Source: Phycisphaerales bacterium
GTDB taxonomy: Bacteria; Planctomycetota; Phycisphaerae; Phycisphaerales; UBA5793
Length of the DNA stretch: 64,000 nt
Assembly (NCBI GenBank): GCA_020852515.1
Contig: JADZAS010000030.1
Coordinates: 222,031 to 286,030, forward strand
Reading direction: 5' to 3'
Below, piece by piece: positions 1 to 10,360 of this stretch. Every line of letters begins with the position of its first letter. The stretch's first letter is position 1. A program made the position numbers and the translations under genes. Under the pieces are notes generated by a model. That model was given only the letters and a program-made list of their open reading frames with translations, had not been told where the DNA came from and did no database searches.

Positions 1-767
1 CCGAGACGGCCGACATCGGCAAGCCGGACTTCACCATCGACGCCGGACAGATCACCACGCTCATTGAGCGCACGCGCTTCGCCACCGCCCGCGAGAACTC
101 GCGCTACGCGATCAACGGCGTGCTCATGAAGCGCAAGGCCAAGAAGGTCGAGTTCGTCGCGACCGACGGCCGGCGCCTGGCGGTGGCGCGCGGCACGTGC
201 TCGAGCATCGGCGACAAGAACGAGAGCCAGTGCATCATCCCCAGCAAAGCGCTCAACCACCTCATGAAACTCACCGGCAGCCCGGAAGACAAGGTCAGCG
301 CCTACATCACCGACAGCCAGGCGATTTTCATCGTCGGGCAGGACGGTCGCGAGGCCATGCTGGCGACGAATCTCGTGGAGGGCTCCTTCCCGCCCTACGA
401 AGACGTCATTCCCAAGGACCTCGACAAGAAGGTGACGTTCGAACTCGACACGCTCGCCTCGGCCGTGCGCCGGGCGGCGCTGCTGACCAACGAAGAATCA
501 AAGGGCGTGCGGCTGTCGTTCCGCGAGGGCGGGTTGACGATTTCGAGCCGCGCGCCCGAGATGGGCGAAGCGGAGATCAAGGTGCCGCTGGCCAAGTACG
601 AAGGCGACGACGTGGAAGTAGGCTTCAACCCGACGTTCATCACCGATGCGCTCAAGGTGATTCACGCGGACCAGATCGTGTTCGAACTCAAGGCCCCGAC
701 CAAGCCCGGCATGATCCGCGCGGGCAACGACTTCACCTACGTGCTCATGCCGGTGAGCCTGAACTGA
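1..767 (+). CDS. dnaN: DNA polymerase III beta sliding clamp, C-terminal ~255 codons (5' end outside window)
   Basis: The frame is open from the window edge (ETADIGKPDFTIDAGQITTLIERTRFATARENSRYAINGVLMK...) and runs into the listed 120..767 ORF. Clamp-like strings are VEFVATDGRRLAV, GFNPTFITDALKV and VFELKAPTKPGMIR. TGA at 765-767. Confidence 0.9.
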   Translation, partial: ETADIGKPDFTIDAGQITTLIERTRFATARENSRYAINGVLMKRKAKKVEFVATDGRRLAVARGTCSSIGDKNESQCIIPSKALNHLMKLTGSPEDKVSAYITDSQAIFIVGQDGREAMLATNLVEGSFPPYEDVIPKDLDKKVTFELDTLASAVRRAALLTNEESKGVRLSFREGGLTISSRAPEMGEAEIKVPLAKYEGDDVEVGFNPTFITDALKVIHADQIVFELKAPTKPGMIRAGNDFTYVLMPVSLN

Positions 768-962
768 GCGAACGGGGCGGCGAAGGCGCAAGCGCCAGGG
801 TGCCGTGGTCTAAGCGACGCTCTGGGAGCGCAGGCCACGCGGCGCGCCATTGACAATCAAGTCAGCCTGTTCATTCACCCGCGCATCGACGTGGCCTTCG
901 GTCGCAGAGCCTCCCTCCAGACCACGGCACCCGCGGTGCAAGTGGCGTAAGTCGCCGGCGGC

Positions 963-3596
963 TCAATGCGCGGCGACCTGCGCGGCGCGCGGGGCGCTCT
1001 CGCTGCTGGTCGTCGCGCCTTGCGCATCCCAGGTGATCAGGCCGGGGATGAAGGGCGTGTGCAGGCGGTCGTCGGCCGGGATGACGCGCACGGCCAGGCC
1101 GCGCCGGCCCGACTGCTGGGCCACGATCTCGCCGGTGTAGCGGTGTCGTCCGTCGCCGAGGTCGGCCGCGTGGGTCATGTTTTCCGCCACGCCGTTGACG
1201 AGATCGCCGCTGGCTGCGACCGAGCCGGTGTAGATCTGCACGCACACTTCCTGCGGAGCGAATTCATCGAGGCGCACGATCACCTCGACGGGCATCGGCG
1301 CGCGGACCGGCAGCGGGCGGTGCGTGTCGGCGACGACCGATTCGATGCGGATGCGCTGCCAGAGCCGGCGGTAGCGCTCGATCTGCGCCGCCAGCCCGCG
1401 AGCGCCGGCCATGTTGTCGGCGGCAAGGCGCTTGGTGCGCAGGTGACTGCTCACGTAAAACAGATCGGCGTACTCGTGCACCATGCGATTGGTGTTGAAC
1501 ATCGGCGCCAGCGACTGGATGCACCGCTTCATCCGCGCCACCCAGCGGCGCGGCACGCCCGCCGAATCGCGATCGTAGAACTCGGGCAGGATGTGCCCCT
1601 CAAAGAGATCGTACAGGCTCGCCGACTCGATCGCGTCGGCCTGCTCGTCGCTCACGTAGCGTTCGCGCCGGCCGATGGCGAAGCCCGCCTGCGGCTCATA
1701 GCCCTCGTCCCACCAGCCGTCGAGAATGGAGCAGTTGACCACGCCGTTGACCGCCGCCTTCATGCCGCTCGTGCCCGATGCCTCGAGACCTCGGCGCGGC
1801 GTGTTGAGCCAGACGTCGCAGCCCGTGACGAGGTAGCGCGCCACGTTCATGTCGTAGTTCTCGAGGAACACGATTCGCGCGCTCTGGTCGCTCGAACCCT
1901 GCGAGAAGCGCGCGAGTTCGCGGATGAATTCTTTGCCCGCTGAGTCGGCCGGATGCGCCTTGCCGGCGATGAGAAACTGAATCGGCCGATTGGCGTCGGC
2001 GAGCAGGCGGCTGAGACGCTGCGGATCGCGCATGAGCAGCGTGGCCCGCTTGTAGGTCGCAAAGCGCCGCGCAAAGCCGATCGTCAGCGCATTGGGGTCA
2101 AGCGCCGCCACGGCTCGATCCGTTTCCTGCATGCTCCGGCCGTACGCTTCGCACTGCTCGCGCACGCGGGCGCGGGCCCAGGTGACGAGCTTGCTGCGCC
2201 GCTGGTTGTGGATGGCCCAGAGTTCTTCGTCGGGGATGTCGTTGATGCGGCTCCAGACCGTGAAGTCTGCCGGATCGTTCTGCCAGCGGTAGCCGAGGTA
2301 GCGGTTGAACAATTCGGCCATGTTGCGCGACAGCCACGAGCGCGAGTGCACGCCGTTGGTCACGTGCACGATGGGCACTTCCTCTTCGGGTACGGCAGGC
2401 CAGACGTTGCGCCACATTCTCCGGCTGACTTCGCCGTGCAGTTTGGAGACCGCGTTGCAGTAGTTCGACGTGCGGATCGCCAGCACCGCCATCGAGAAGT
2501 ACTCGTTGCGGTCGAAGACGTTCTCGCGTCCCAGCGCCTGCAGGCCCTCCATGTCGAGCTTCAGCCCCGCGACGTACTCGCCGAAGTAGCGCTGCATGAG
2601 CGAGGAGTGGAACCGGTCGATGCCGGCGGGCACGGGCGTGTGCGTCGTGAAGATGTGGCCGGCCGACTGCATCGCCGCAGCCTCGACAAAGCTCATGTCG
2701 GTGCTCTCGATGAGCCGGCGGATGCGCTCGAGGGCGAGGAACGCGGCGTGGCCTTCGTTGATGTGGCACACGGTGGGTTCGATGCCGATCGCCGCCAGCG
2801 CGCGGATGCCGCCGATGCCCAGGATGATCTCCTGCTGGATGCGCATCTCCACGTCGCCGCCGTAGAGGTTGCGCGTGATCTGCCGATCGTCGGTCCGGTT
2901 CTCGGGAAGATTCGTGTCAAGCAGGTAGAGCGGCACGCGGCCGACCTGGCATTTCCACACCGCCACCCGCACATCGCGCTCGGGCAGACGCACGGTGATC
3001 TTCACCCAGTCGCCGTTGGTGTCGCGCACGCGATTGATGGGCTGGTTGGCGAAATCGAGATCGGGATACGTCTCCTGCTGCCAGCCGTCGGCGTTGAGGT
3101 ACTGCATGAAGTAGCCGTGCTGGTAGAGCAGGCCGACGCCGACCAGCGGGATGCCCAGTTCGCTGGCGGACTTGAGATGGTCGCCCGCGAGGATGCCCAG
3201 GCCGCCCGAGTAGATCTGGAAGCACTCGGTCAGGCCGAACTCGGCTGAGAAGTAAGCGATCTTCGCATCGCGCACGTCGGCATGCGCATTGGAGAACCAG
3301 CCGTGCGACGAGACGTGCTGATCGAGCTGGCTGTAGACGCGGTAGATCTCGTGCAGAAAGCTCTCATCGCGCGACGCCTGTTCGAGGCGATCCTGGCTGA
3401 CGTGGCCGAGGAGTTTGACGGGGTTGTGCCCGTGGATGTGCCACTGCTCGGGGTCGAGGCGCACGAACAGCGCAATGGCCTCGGGATTCCACGTCCACCA
3501 GAGGTTGCGCGCGATGTCCAGCAGCGGCTGGAGGGCTTCGGGCAAGGAGGGAATGACGCGGAACGGGCGGATGTGCGCCTGATCGGATCGAAGCAT
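963..3596 (-). CDS. glgP: alpha-glucan (glycogen/maltodextrin) phosphorylase family protein
   Basis: ORF of ~880 aa. N-terminal region is [32 protein letters not shown]. The pyridoxal-phosphate lysine motif is [14 protein letters not shown]. Start taken at ATG 3596; 3626 is also possible. Confidence 0.85.
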   Translation of the reverse strand: MLRSDQAHIRPFRVIPSLPEALQPLLDIARNLWWTWNPEAIALFVRLDPEQWHIHGHNPVKLLGHVSQDRLEQASRDESFLHEIYRVYSQLDQHVSSHGWFSNAHADVRDAKIAYFSAEFGLTECFQIYSGGLGILAGDHLKSASELGIPLVGVGLLYQHGYFMQYLNADGWQQETYPDLDFANQPINRVRDTNGDWVKITVRLPERDVRVAVWKCQVGRVPLYLLDTNLPENRTDDRQITRNLYGGDVEMRIQQEIILGIGGIRALAAIGIEPTVCHINEGHAAFLALERIRRLIESTDMSFVEAAAMQSAGHIFTTHTPVPAGIDRFHSSLMQRYFGEYVAGLKLDMEGLQALGRENVFDRNEYFSMAVLAIRTSNYCNAVSKLHGEVSRRMWRNVWPAVPEEEVPIVHVTNGVHSRSWLSRNMAELFNRYLGYRWQNDPADFTVWSRINDIPDEELWAIHNQRRSKLVTWARARVREQCEAYGRSMQETDRAVAALDPNALTIGFARRFATYKRATLLMRDPQRLSRLLADANRPIQFLIAGKAHPADSAGKEFIRELARFSQGSSDQSARIVFLENYDMNVARYLVTGCDVWLNTPRRGLEASGTSGMKAAVNGVVNCSILDGWWDEGYEPQAGFAIGRRERYVSDEQADAIESASLYDLFEGHILPEFYDRDSAGVPRRWVARMKRCIQSLAPMFNTNRMVHEYADLFYVSSHLRTKRLAADNMAGARGLAAQIERYRRLWQRIRIESVVADTHRPLPVRAPMPVEVIVRLDEFAPQEVCVQIYTGSVAASGDLVNGVAENMTHAADLGDGRHRYTGEIVAQQSGRRGLAVRVIPADDRLHTPFIPGLITWDAQGATTSSESAPRAAQVAAH

Positions 3597-3958
3597 GTCT
3601 GGGCGTCCACGCCGCGCTGGCGGCAAGTAAAGGTGACTGGGCGGAGGATTCTACGAACATCGGCACGCCCGCCCGTGAGTCTGAGGCCGATGCGGGGATT
3701 CTTATCGGTTCCAGCCCGTCGCCGGGGCGAAGCAGGGCACGCCCGGCCCCAAACCGGGGGTCAACCGCCATTCTGGCAGACGCTGCCGTGATCGTGTGCC
3801 GCATTTCGGCGTTCTTGACCCCGCCAGGGCCGATGGCGGCTCCTCACGCGGGCTCAGCCGTGGCATCGCGGTTGCGGTTTGCCCCCAAGCGGATTCCCTC
3901 GGCCCGCGCCGCCGGACCGCTCGTACAGTTTGAAAAGTCACCCGGAAGGAACTCCGTC

Positions 3959-5869
3959 ATGTCAAAAATCATCGGCATCGACCTCGGCACGACCAACTCG
4001 GTGGTCGCCGTCATGGAAGGCGGCCAGCCGAAGGTTCTCATCAACTCTTCGGGCAACCGCATTACGCCGTCAATCGTCGCGTTCACCGACAAGGGCGAGC
4101 GCCTCGTCGGCCAGCCTGCCAAGCACCAGCAGGTCACCAACCCCAAAAACACCATCTACTCGATCAAGCGCTTCATGGGCCGCCGGCACAACGAAGTGCA
4201 CAATGAAGAGAAGATGGTGCCCTACGAAGTGTTCGGCGGCGGCGATGAACTCGTCAAGGTCAAGGTCCGCGACAAGACCTTCACCCCGCCCGAAGTCTCG
4301 GCCATGATCCTCCAGGATCTCAAGAAGACCGCCGAAGACTACCTCGGCGAGAAGGTCGATCGCGCGGTCATCACCGTGCCCGCCTACTTCAACGACAGCC
4401 AGCGCCAGGCGACCAAGGACGCCGGCGAGATCGCCGGCCTCAAGGTCGAGCGCATCATCAACGAGCCGACCGCAGCAGCGCTCGCGTACGGTCTCGAGAA
4501 GAAGAAGAACGCCAAGATCGCCGTCTTTGACCTCGGCGGCGGCACGTTCGATATCTCCATTCTCGACATCGGCGACGGCGTGTTCGAAGTGCTCAGCACC
4601 AACGGCGACACGCACCTCGGCGGCGACGACTTCGACCAGTACCTCATCGACTTCGTGGCCGAAGAGTTCCGCAAGAAGGAAGGCATCGACATCCGCAAGG
4701 ATCCGATGGCCCTGCAGCGCCTCAAGGAAGGGTGCGAAAAGGCCAAGTGCGAACTCTCCAGCACCATGGAGACCAACATCAACCTGCCGTTCATCACGGC
4801 GGACCAGAACGGCCCCAAGCACCTGCTCGTCACCGTGACGCGCGCCAAGTTTGAGTCGCTCTGCGAACCGCTGTTCGCCCGGCTCAAGGGCCCGTGCGAG
4901 CAGGCGCTCAAGGACGCCCGCGTCAACCCGAGCGACATCGGCGAGGTTGTCCTCGTCGGCGGCTCGACGCGCATGCCCCGCGTGCAGGAGATGGCCAAGC
5001 AGATCTTCCAGACGCAGGAACTCGACAAGTCGATCAACCCCGACGAAGTCGTGGCAGTCGGCGCGGCCATCCAGGGCGGCGTGCTTCAGGGCGACGTCAA
5101 GGACGTGCTCCTGCTCGACGTCACGCCGCTTTCGCTGGGCGTCGAAACGCTCGGCGGCGTCATGACGCGCCTCATCGAGAAGAACACGACCATTCCCACG
5201 TCGCGCAAGGAGATCTTCTCCACTGCGGCCGACAACCAGACGAGCGTGACCATCCACGTCCTGCAGGGCGAGCGCGAATTCGCCCGCGACAACCGGACGC
5301 TGGCGCGCTTCGACCTGGCGGACATCGCCCCGGCGCCGCGCGGCATGCCGCAGATCGAAGTCGAGTTCGCCATCGACGCCAACGGCATCCTCAACGTCTC
5401 TGCGACCGACAAGGCCACCGGCAAGCGCCAGCAGGTCGAGGTCAAGGGATCCAGCGGCCTGAGCAAGGACGAGGTCGAGAAGATGCGCCGCGACGCCGAG
5501 GCCCACGCGGCCGAGGACAAGGCGCAGCGCGAACTCGTCGATCTCAAGAACCGCGCGGAGAACATCGTCTACCAGACCCGCAAGCACCTCACCGAGCACG
5601 GCGACAAGGTCTCGGGCGACGTGCGCGGCCAGATCGAGTCGGCTCTGAGCAACGTCGAGAGCAAACTCAAGGAAGACGACAAGAACGCCATCGAAGCCGC
5701 GCTCAAGGAACTCGAGCGCGTCTCCATGGAACTCGGCAAGGCCGTGTACGAATCGCAGTCCAAGGCGGCCCCCGGCGGCGCTGCGCCCGGCGGGCAAGGC
5801 GGCGGCCAGAGCGACAAGGGTGAAGATGTCATCGACGCCGAGTACGAAGTCAAGGATGACAACAGCTGA
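3959..5869 (+). CDS. dnaK: molecular chaperone DnaK (Hsp70)
   Basis: [14 protein letters not shown] start, with DLGGGTFD and the full Hsp70 layout. The listed ORF start 3788 is a 57-codon extension. GGAAGGAA lies upstream of ATG 3959. Confidence 0.97.
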   Translation: MSKIIGIDLGTTNSVVAVMEGGQPKVLINSSGNRITPSIVAFTDKGERLVGQPAKHQQVTNPKNTIYSIKRFMGRRHNEVHNEEKMVPYEVFGGGDELVKVKVRDKTFTPPEVSAMILQDLKKTAEDYLGEKVDRAVITVPAYFNDSQRQATKDAGEIAGLKVERIINEPTAAALAYGLEKKKNAKIAVFDLGGGTFDISILDIGDGVFEVLSTNGDTHLGGDDFDQYLIDFVAEEFRKKEGIDIRKDPMALQRLKEGCEKAKCELSSTMETNINLPFITADQNGPKHLLVTVTRAKFESLCEPLFARLKGPCEQALKDARVNPSDIGEVVLVGGSTRMPRVQEMAKQIFQTQELDKSINPDEVVAVGAAIQGGVLQGDVKDVLLLDVTPLSLGVETLGGVMTRLIEKNTTIPTSRKEIFSTAADNQTSVTIHVLQGEREFARDNRTLARFDLADIAPAPRGMPQIEVEFAIDANGILNVSATDKATGKRQQVEVKGSSGLSKDEVEKMRRDAEAHAAEDKAQRELVDLKNRAENIVYQTRKHLTEHGDKVSGDVRGQIESALSNVESKLKEDDKNAIEAALKELERVSMELGKAVYESQSKAAPGGAAPGGQGGGQSDKGEDVIDAEYEVKDDNS

Positions 5870-5895
5870 CCTGCCCGTTCAACACTCCTTTTGCT

Positions 5896-5932
5896 GGCCC
5901 GCGCTCCCACCGAGCGCGGGCCTTCTTCGTTT
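5896..5932 (+). terminator. intrinsic terminator downstream of dnaK
   Basis: GGCCCGCGCTC (5896-5906) pairs perfectly with GAGCGCGGGCC (5912-5922) around a 5-nt loop. TTCTTCGTTT follows. Confidence 0.7.
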
Positions 5933-6040
5933 CCGGACCGGCGACAGCGAGATGCGCGGCATCGACCCCAGCAACCGCGCCGGGCGGTGGCGCTAAACTT
6001 CTGGCCCGCCCTTGTGCTGATCGCGGAAGCAGGAGAGATC

Positions 6041-8029
6041 GTGACCACACTGGCCAGCCTCCAAGCCGAAACACGGCCGCAGCAGCGGCCATCCGACGCC
6101 GCCCTCGACGCCGCGAAACTGGCGGTCGAGCGTGCTGCCGCCGCGCTGCTCTCGCTGCAGAAACCCGATGGCCACTGGTGCGCTGAACTGGAAGGCGATT
6201 CGATCCTCAACAGCGAATACACGCTCATGAAGTGGATCCTCCGCCAGGAAGACGATCCGCGCCTGCCGAAGATCATGACCTATCTCCGCCGCCTCCAGCG
6301 CAGTGACGGGGCGTGGGGCCAGTACCCCGGCAGCGGCGTGGATGTGAGCGCCACGGTCAAGGCGTATGTGTGCCTGCTGCTCGATGGAGACAGCCCGAGC
6401 GAGCCGCACATGCAGCGCGCGGCGGAAGCGATCCGCTCGCATGGCGGCGCCGAGGCGTGCAACAGTTTCAGTAACTTTTATCTCGCCGCGCTCGGGCTGA
6501 TCGACTGGGACGCCGTGCCGGCCATCCCGCCGGAGATGATCTACCTGCCGCGCTGGTTCTACTTCCACCTCGACAAGGTCTCGGCGTGGACACGCACGAT
6601 GATCCTGCCCTTGGCGATCTGCACGGCATTGCGCCCCGTGCGCGCCCTGTCGGCGCAGATCAGCATCGATCATCTCTTCAATGACATTCGGTTCAAGAAG
6701 ACGCTGTCGAAGAAGTTCGATTCGTTCCCGTTCACGTGGAACAACTTCTTTCTCGCGGTTGATCGCGTGCTCAAGATCATCCAGCGGGCCGATGCGTCGC
6801 CGCTGCGCCGCAGCGCGCTGCGAAAGGCGGAGAAATGGATTCTCGATCGCGCCGATGCAAGGCACACGGCGGGGCTGGGCGCCATCTTTCCACCGATGGT
6901 GTATCTGCAGATCGCCTTCGATGCGCTGGGCTACGAACGCTCGCACCCGGTCATGCAGCAGGCCGAGCGCGACCTCGATGACTTCATCATCGAGGAAGAG
7001 GATCACATTCGCATCCAGCCGTGCTTCTCGCCGGTGTGGGACACGGGCATCGCGCTCTACGCCCTGACCGAGTGCGGCAGGACCATTTCCAATTCACCCG
7101 AGGTCTCCCGCGCCTGCGAGTGGCTGCTGGCCAAAGAGAACCGTCTCGCCGGCGACTGGCCGCGCACGGTGGACGCCGCGCCGGCCGGGTGGTTCTTCGA
7201 GTATCACAACGAGTGGTATCCCGATGTCGATGACACGGCGATGGTCGCGATGGCCCTGCACCGCGCCGGCGGGCAAGCGAATCGCGCTGCGGGCCAGCGG
7301 GGCGTGCAGTGGATCTTCGCCATGCAGAATGACGACGGCGGCTGGGCTGCGTTCGACAAGACGCGCGATCGGCCCATCCTCGAGAAGGTCCCCTTCGCCG
7401 ATCACAACGCGATGCAGGATCCGTCATGCCCCGACATCACCGGCCGCGTGCTCGAATGCCTCGCGTGGCACGGCATCCGCGCCGATCATCCCGCCGTGCA
7501 GCGCGCGGTGAAGTACATCAGATCGAAGCAGGAGCCGGAGGGCTGCTGGTTCGGCCGCTGGGGCGTGAACTACATCTACGGCACGTGGCAGTCCATCGGC
7601 GGTATGCGCCACATCGGCGTGGACATGAATCAGCCGTGGATCCAGCGAGCCGGCCACTGGCTCAAGAGCGTGCAGAAGAGCGACGGCTCGTTCGGCGAGT
7701 CCGCCAACTCCTATGAAGACCCTTCGCTAAAGGGCATCGGTCCTTCAACCGCATCGCAGACCGCCTGGGCCGCGATGACGCTGCAGGTGGTCTTCGGCCC
7801 GCACGATCCCGACCTCGCCCGCGCCATCCGCTGGCTGTGCGACACCCAACTCAGCGCCGGCGACGCGCCGGATCGATCACTCAATCCCGATGGCGATCCG
7901 CCGGGCTCCTGGGTCGAGACCGAGTTCACCGGCACGGGCTTCCCGCGTGTGTTCTATCTCCGCTACCACCTCTATCGCCTGTACTTCCCGCTGATGGCGA
8001 TCGCGCGGTGGGTGCATGCGCAGGGCTAA
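6041..8029 (+). CDS. shc: squalene-hopene cyclase
   Basis: Contains the DVDDTA (DxDD) catalytic motif and repeated QxxxGxW motifs (QKPDGHW, QRSDGAW, QNDDGGW, QKSDGSF). Start placed at GTG 6041, preceded by AGGAGAG. The listed TTG 5891 start overlaps the dnaK terminator. Confidence 0.88.
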   Translation: MTTLASLQAETRPQQRPSDAALDAAKLAVERAAAALLSLQKPDGHWCAELEGDSILNSEYTLMKWILRQEDDPRLPKIMTYLRRLQRSDGAWGQYPGSGVDVSATVKAYVCLLLDGDSPSEPHMQRAAEAIRSHGGAEACNSFSNFYLAALGLIDWDAVPAIPPEMIYLPRWFYFHLDKVSAWTRTMILPLAICTALRPVRALSAQISIDHLFNDIRFKKTLSKKFDSFPFTWNNFFLAVDRVLKIIQRADASPLRRSALRKAEKWILDRADARHTAGLGAIFPPMVYLQIAFDALGYERSHPVMQQAERDLDDFIIEEEDHIRIQPCFSPVWDTGIALYALTECGRTISNSPEVSRACEWLLAKENRLAGDWPRTVDAAPAGWFFEYHNEWYPDVDDTAMVAMALHRAGGQANRAAGQRGVQWIFAMQNDDGGWAAFDKTRDRPILEKVPFADHNAMQDPSCPDITGRVLECLAWHGIRADHPAVQRAVKYIRSKQEPEGCWFGRWGVNYIYGTWQSIGGMRHIGVDMNQPWIQRAGHWLKSVQKSDGSFGESANSYEDPSLKGIGPSTASQTAWAAMTLQVVFGPHDPDLARAIRWLCDTQLSAGDAPDRSLNPDGDPPGSWVETEFTGTGFPRVFYLRYHLYRLYFPLMAIARWVHAQG

Positions 8030-8688
8030 GAACGGCTGTACCGTTGCGCCATCGATTCGAGCAGCGCGTTCCACACCGTGTTCGCGTCGCCGTTGGCGTC
8101 GATGACGAGATGCTGGCCCGGCTGCTCGCGCGCCTGCGACAGGTAACCTTCGCGCACGCGCTTGTGGTACGCCGCGCCCTTGGCCTCCATGCGATCGAGC
8201 AGCGGATTGAGGCGCGATGCGGCCGTCTCGGGCGTCACGTCGAAGATGACGATGAGATGCGGCGAGACTTGGCCGCACGCGATGCGCGCCACGGCCCGGA
8301 TGTCATCCAGGTCCATCCCGCCCGCGGCGCCTTGGTAGGCCAGTGTCGAACTCACGAACCGGTCGGCGAGCACGACCTCGCCGCGGCTCAGCGCGGGGCC
8401 GATGCGCTCGGCGACGAGCTGGGCCCGGCTGGCCATGTAGAGCAGCATCTCAGCCCGCACGTCGAGATCGACGTGGCGATGATCGAGCAGCACGTGGCGG
8501 ATTTCTTCGCCGATCAGCGTGCCGCCCGGCTCGCGCACTTCGCACACCGTCAGCCCGCGCGCTGACGCAAAGTCCGAAAACCGGCGAAACTGAGTCGATT
8601 TCCCTGATCCATCCGGCCCATCGAAGACAATAAACTGCCCCGCAAGGCGGTTGTGCCAGTCAGAGAGAGTCGGTGCGGCCGCGGACAC
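8026..8688 (-). CDS. tmk: thymidylate kinase
   Basis: P-loop FIVFDGPDGSGKST followed by a dTMP kinase-like body. Start uncertain: GTG 8688 chosen, while the listed ATG 8871 would overlap the neighbouring divergent gene. The stop overlaps the shc stop by 4 nt. Confidence 0.8.
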   Translation of the reverse strand: MSAAAPTLSDWHNRLAGQFIVFDGPDGSGKSTQFRRFSDFASARGLTVCEVREPGGTLIGEEIRHVLLDHRHVDLDVRAEMLLYMASRAQLVAERIGPALSRGEVVLADRFVSSTLAYQGAAGGMDLDDIRAVARIACGQVSPHLIVIFDVTPETAASRLNPLLDRMEAKGAAYHKRVREGYLSQAREQPGQHLVIDANGDANTVWNALLESMAQRYSRS

Positions 8689-8800
8689 GGCACGATGATG
8701 CGCCCGCCGGCCGTCTAAGGCAAGTCGCCGGGCAGATTGAGGCCTGCCGCCGCGAATCAACCGGTACAATGTCACGGGGCCCAGCAGCGGAGGAAGAATC

Positions 8801-10312
8801 ATGAACCTGATCGCCATTTCACTCGCACTCGCCGCGGCTGCCGGCCCGCCGTTTGGCAGCGTCCGCGACACGCTGCCGCCGCGCTACGTCGAATCGTCCA
8901 TCGGCCTCGGCTCGCCGCAGTGGGATGGCGGCCGCACGATGCTGCGCCTGGCCGATCTCAATCTCGACGGAAATCCCGACATCGTCACCGTCGGCGATCA
9001 CGGCTCGCCGTTTGTCAACACCGACATGCACGGCATCACCGTGTGGTTCGGCGACGGCACCGGGCAGTGGCAATCCTTCCAGAGCGGCAACTTCGGCTAC
9101 GGCGGAGTCGCAGTCGGCGATGTGAACAACGACGGCCTGCCCGACGTCGGCTGGGGCGTGCATCACGACTACGGCTCGGGCGGCTTTGGCGATCGCGTCA
9201 TGGGCGTCGCGCTCGGCGACGGCACCGGCCGCAACTGGACGCCGTGGGACCAGGGCCTCGGCGAGAATGGCCAGTCGTGGGGCATGTTCGGCACCGAGTT
9301 CACTGACATCAACGTGGACGGCCGGCTCGACATCGCGTCCGTCTCGTTCGGCTGCTGCGACGGGTTTCACGCCTACCTCAACAACGGCGACGGCACGTGG
9401 ACTCGCTCGTTTGGCTTCCTCGGCGGCAACTCGACGATGGATGTCGCGGCCGGCGACGTGAACAACGACGGCTACGCCGACTTCGCCATCGCGCACCAGA
9501 ACGGCACGATCTACCTCGGCGACGGGCAAGGGGGCTTCACCATCGGCGATGAGAATCTGCCGCCCGGCGGCAACCTGGGGCGGCGCGGCGTCGCGCTGGG
9601 CGATGTGAACGGCGACGCCTTCGACGACCTGTCGCTGGTCAACAGCGCCGGCGGCGTCGAGGTCTATCTCCAGGCGCCCGGCTCATCGCAGTGGGTGCTC
9701 TGGAGCGAGGGACTGCCCGCGAGCGGCGCGTGGGAGGCGACCAAACTCGCCGACATGAACAGCGACGGCTGGACCGACGTCGTCGCGTTCGGCAACGGGC
9801 GACTCGCCGTGTGGCTCTTCGACGGCGATCGCACGTGGAGGGGCGCGGCGACGTTTACCGTGCCCAACCCCGGCGACTACGCGGCGATGGTGGTTGGCGA
9901 CGCGACGCACAACGGCCGGCCCGACATCGCCATCGTCAGCGACCAGGGCAGCCTCTTCAACTCGCGCAACAAGCTGCAGTTCTTCCGCGAGACGACCGAG
10001 CCGCGGGCGCTGCGCATCCGCGTTACGGGGCCGCCGAGGTATCGCACCATTCGCGAAGGCGCGGTGGTCTTCATCGACTGGACGTGCGCGGTGCCCGGCA
10101 ACGTGCCGGCGCGCGTGAAAATCGAATTGAGCGAAGCGGGCCGGCTCGGGCCATGGATGACCCTCGGCGACAACCTGCCCAACAGCGGGCGCTATCAGGC
10201 AAGGGTCGATGTGACGCAGTACAACGCCGAAGCGTACCTCCGCGCGACGGTGACGACGTCCAGCGGCAGCGCCGTGGATGTGGCGGGTCCGTTTTCGATT
10301 CTGCCTCGTTGA
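8801..10312 (+). CDS. secreted FG-GAP/VCBS-repeat (integrin-alpha-like beta-propeller) protein
   Basis: Signal-like N-terminus MNLIAISLALAAAAG. About seven repeats of the type GDVNNDGxxDxxxxxxxG (DLNLDGNPDIV, GDVNNDGLPDV, DINVDGRLDI, GDVNNDGYADF, GDVNGDAFDDL, ADMNSDGWTDV, GDATHNGRPDI). GGAGGAAG lies before the ATG. Confidence 0.8.
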   Translation: MNLIAISLALAAAAGPPFGSVRDTLPPRYVESSIGLGSPQWDGGRTMLRLADLNLDGNPDIVTVGDHGSPFVNTDMHGITVWFGDGTGQWQSFQSGNFGYGGVAVGDVNNDGLPDVGWGVHHDYGSGGFGDRVMGVALGDGTGRNWTPWDQGLGENGQSWGMFGTEFTDINVDGRLDIASVSFGCCDGFHAYLNNGDGTWTRSFGFLGGNSTMDVAAGDVNNDGYADFAIAHQNGTIYLGDGQGGFTIGDENLPPGGNLGRRGVALGDVNGDAFDDLSLVNSAGGVEVYLQAPGSSQWVLWSEGLPASGAWEATKLADMNSDGWTDVVAFGNGRLAVWLFDGDRTWRGAATFTVPNPGDYAAMVVGDATHNGRPDIAIVSDQGSLFNSRNKLQFFRETTEPRALRIRVTGPPRYRTIREGAVVFIDWTCAVPGNVPARVKIELSEAGRLGPWMTLGDNLPNSGRYQARVDVTQYNAEAYLRATVTTSSGSAVDVAGPFSILPR

Positions 10313-10360
10313 CTCACACTCTCGCGCTTTGTGTTCGGGAGCACTGCATTGGAATTTGCC

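Noticed and set aside
3627-3958. Search for CIRCE/HAIR heat-shock operators or an RpoH-type promoter upstream of dnaK
   Set aside because: There is no TTAGCACTC-N9-GAGTGCTAA or CTTGAGT-N7-ACTCAAG-like inverted repeat. The only CTTGA-like strings lack a properly spaced CCCCAT-type -10.
4070-5797. 575-aa ORF antisense to dnaK
   Set aside because: It lies entirely inside a certain gene on the opposite strand. Its composition is the Ala/Arg/Gly/Leu-rich pattern expected from reading GC-rich codons in reverse, and I see no start context or motif. Long antisense ORFs opposite hsp70 genes are a known artefact-prone phenomenon.
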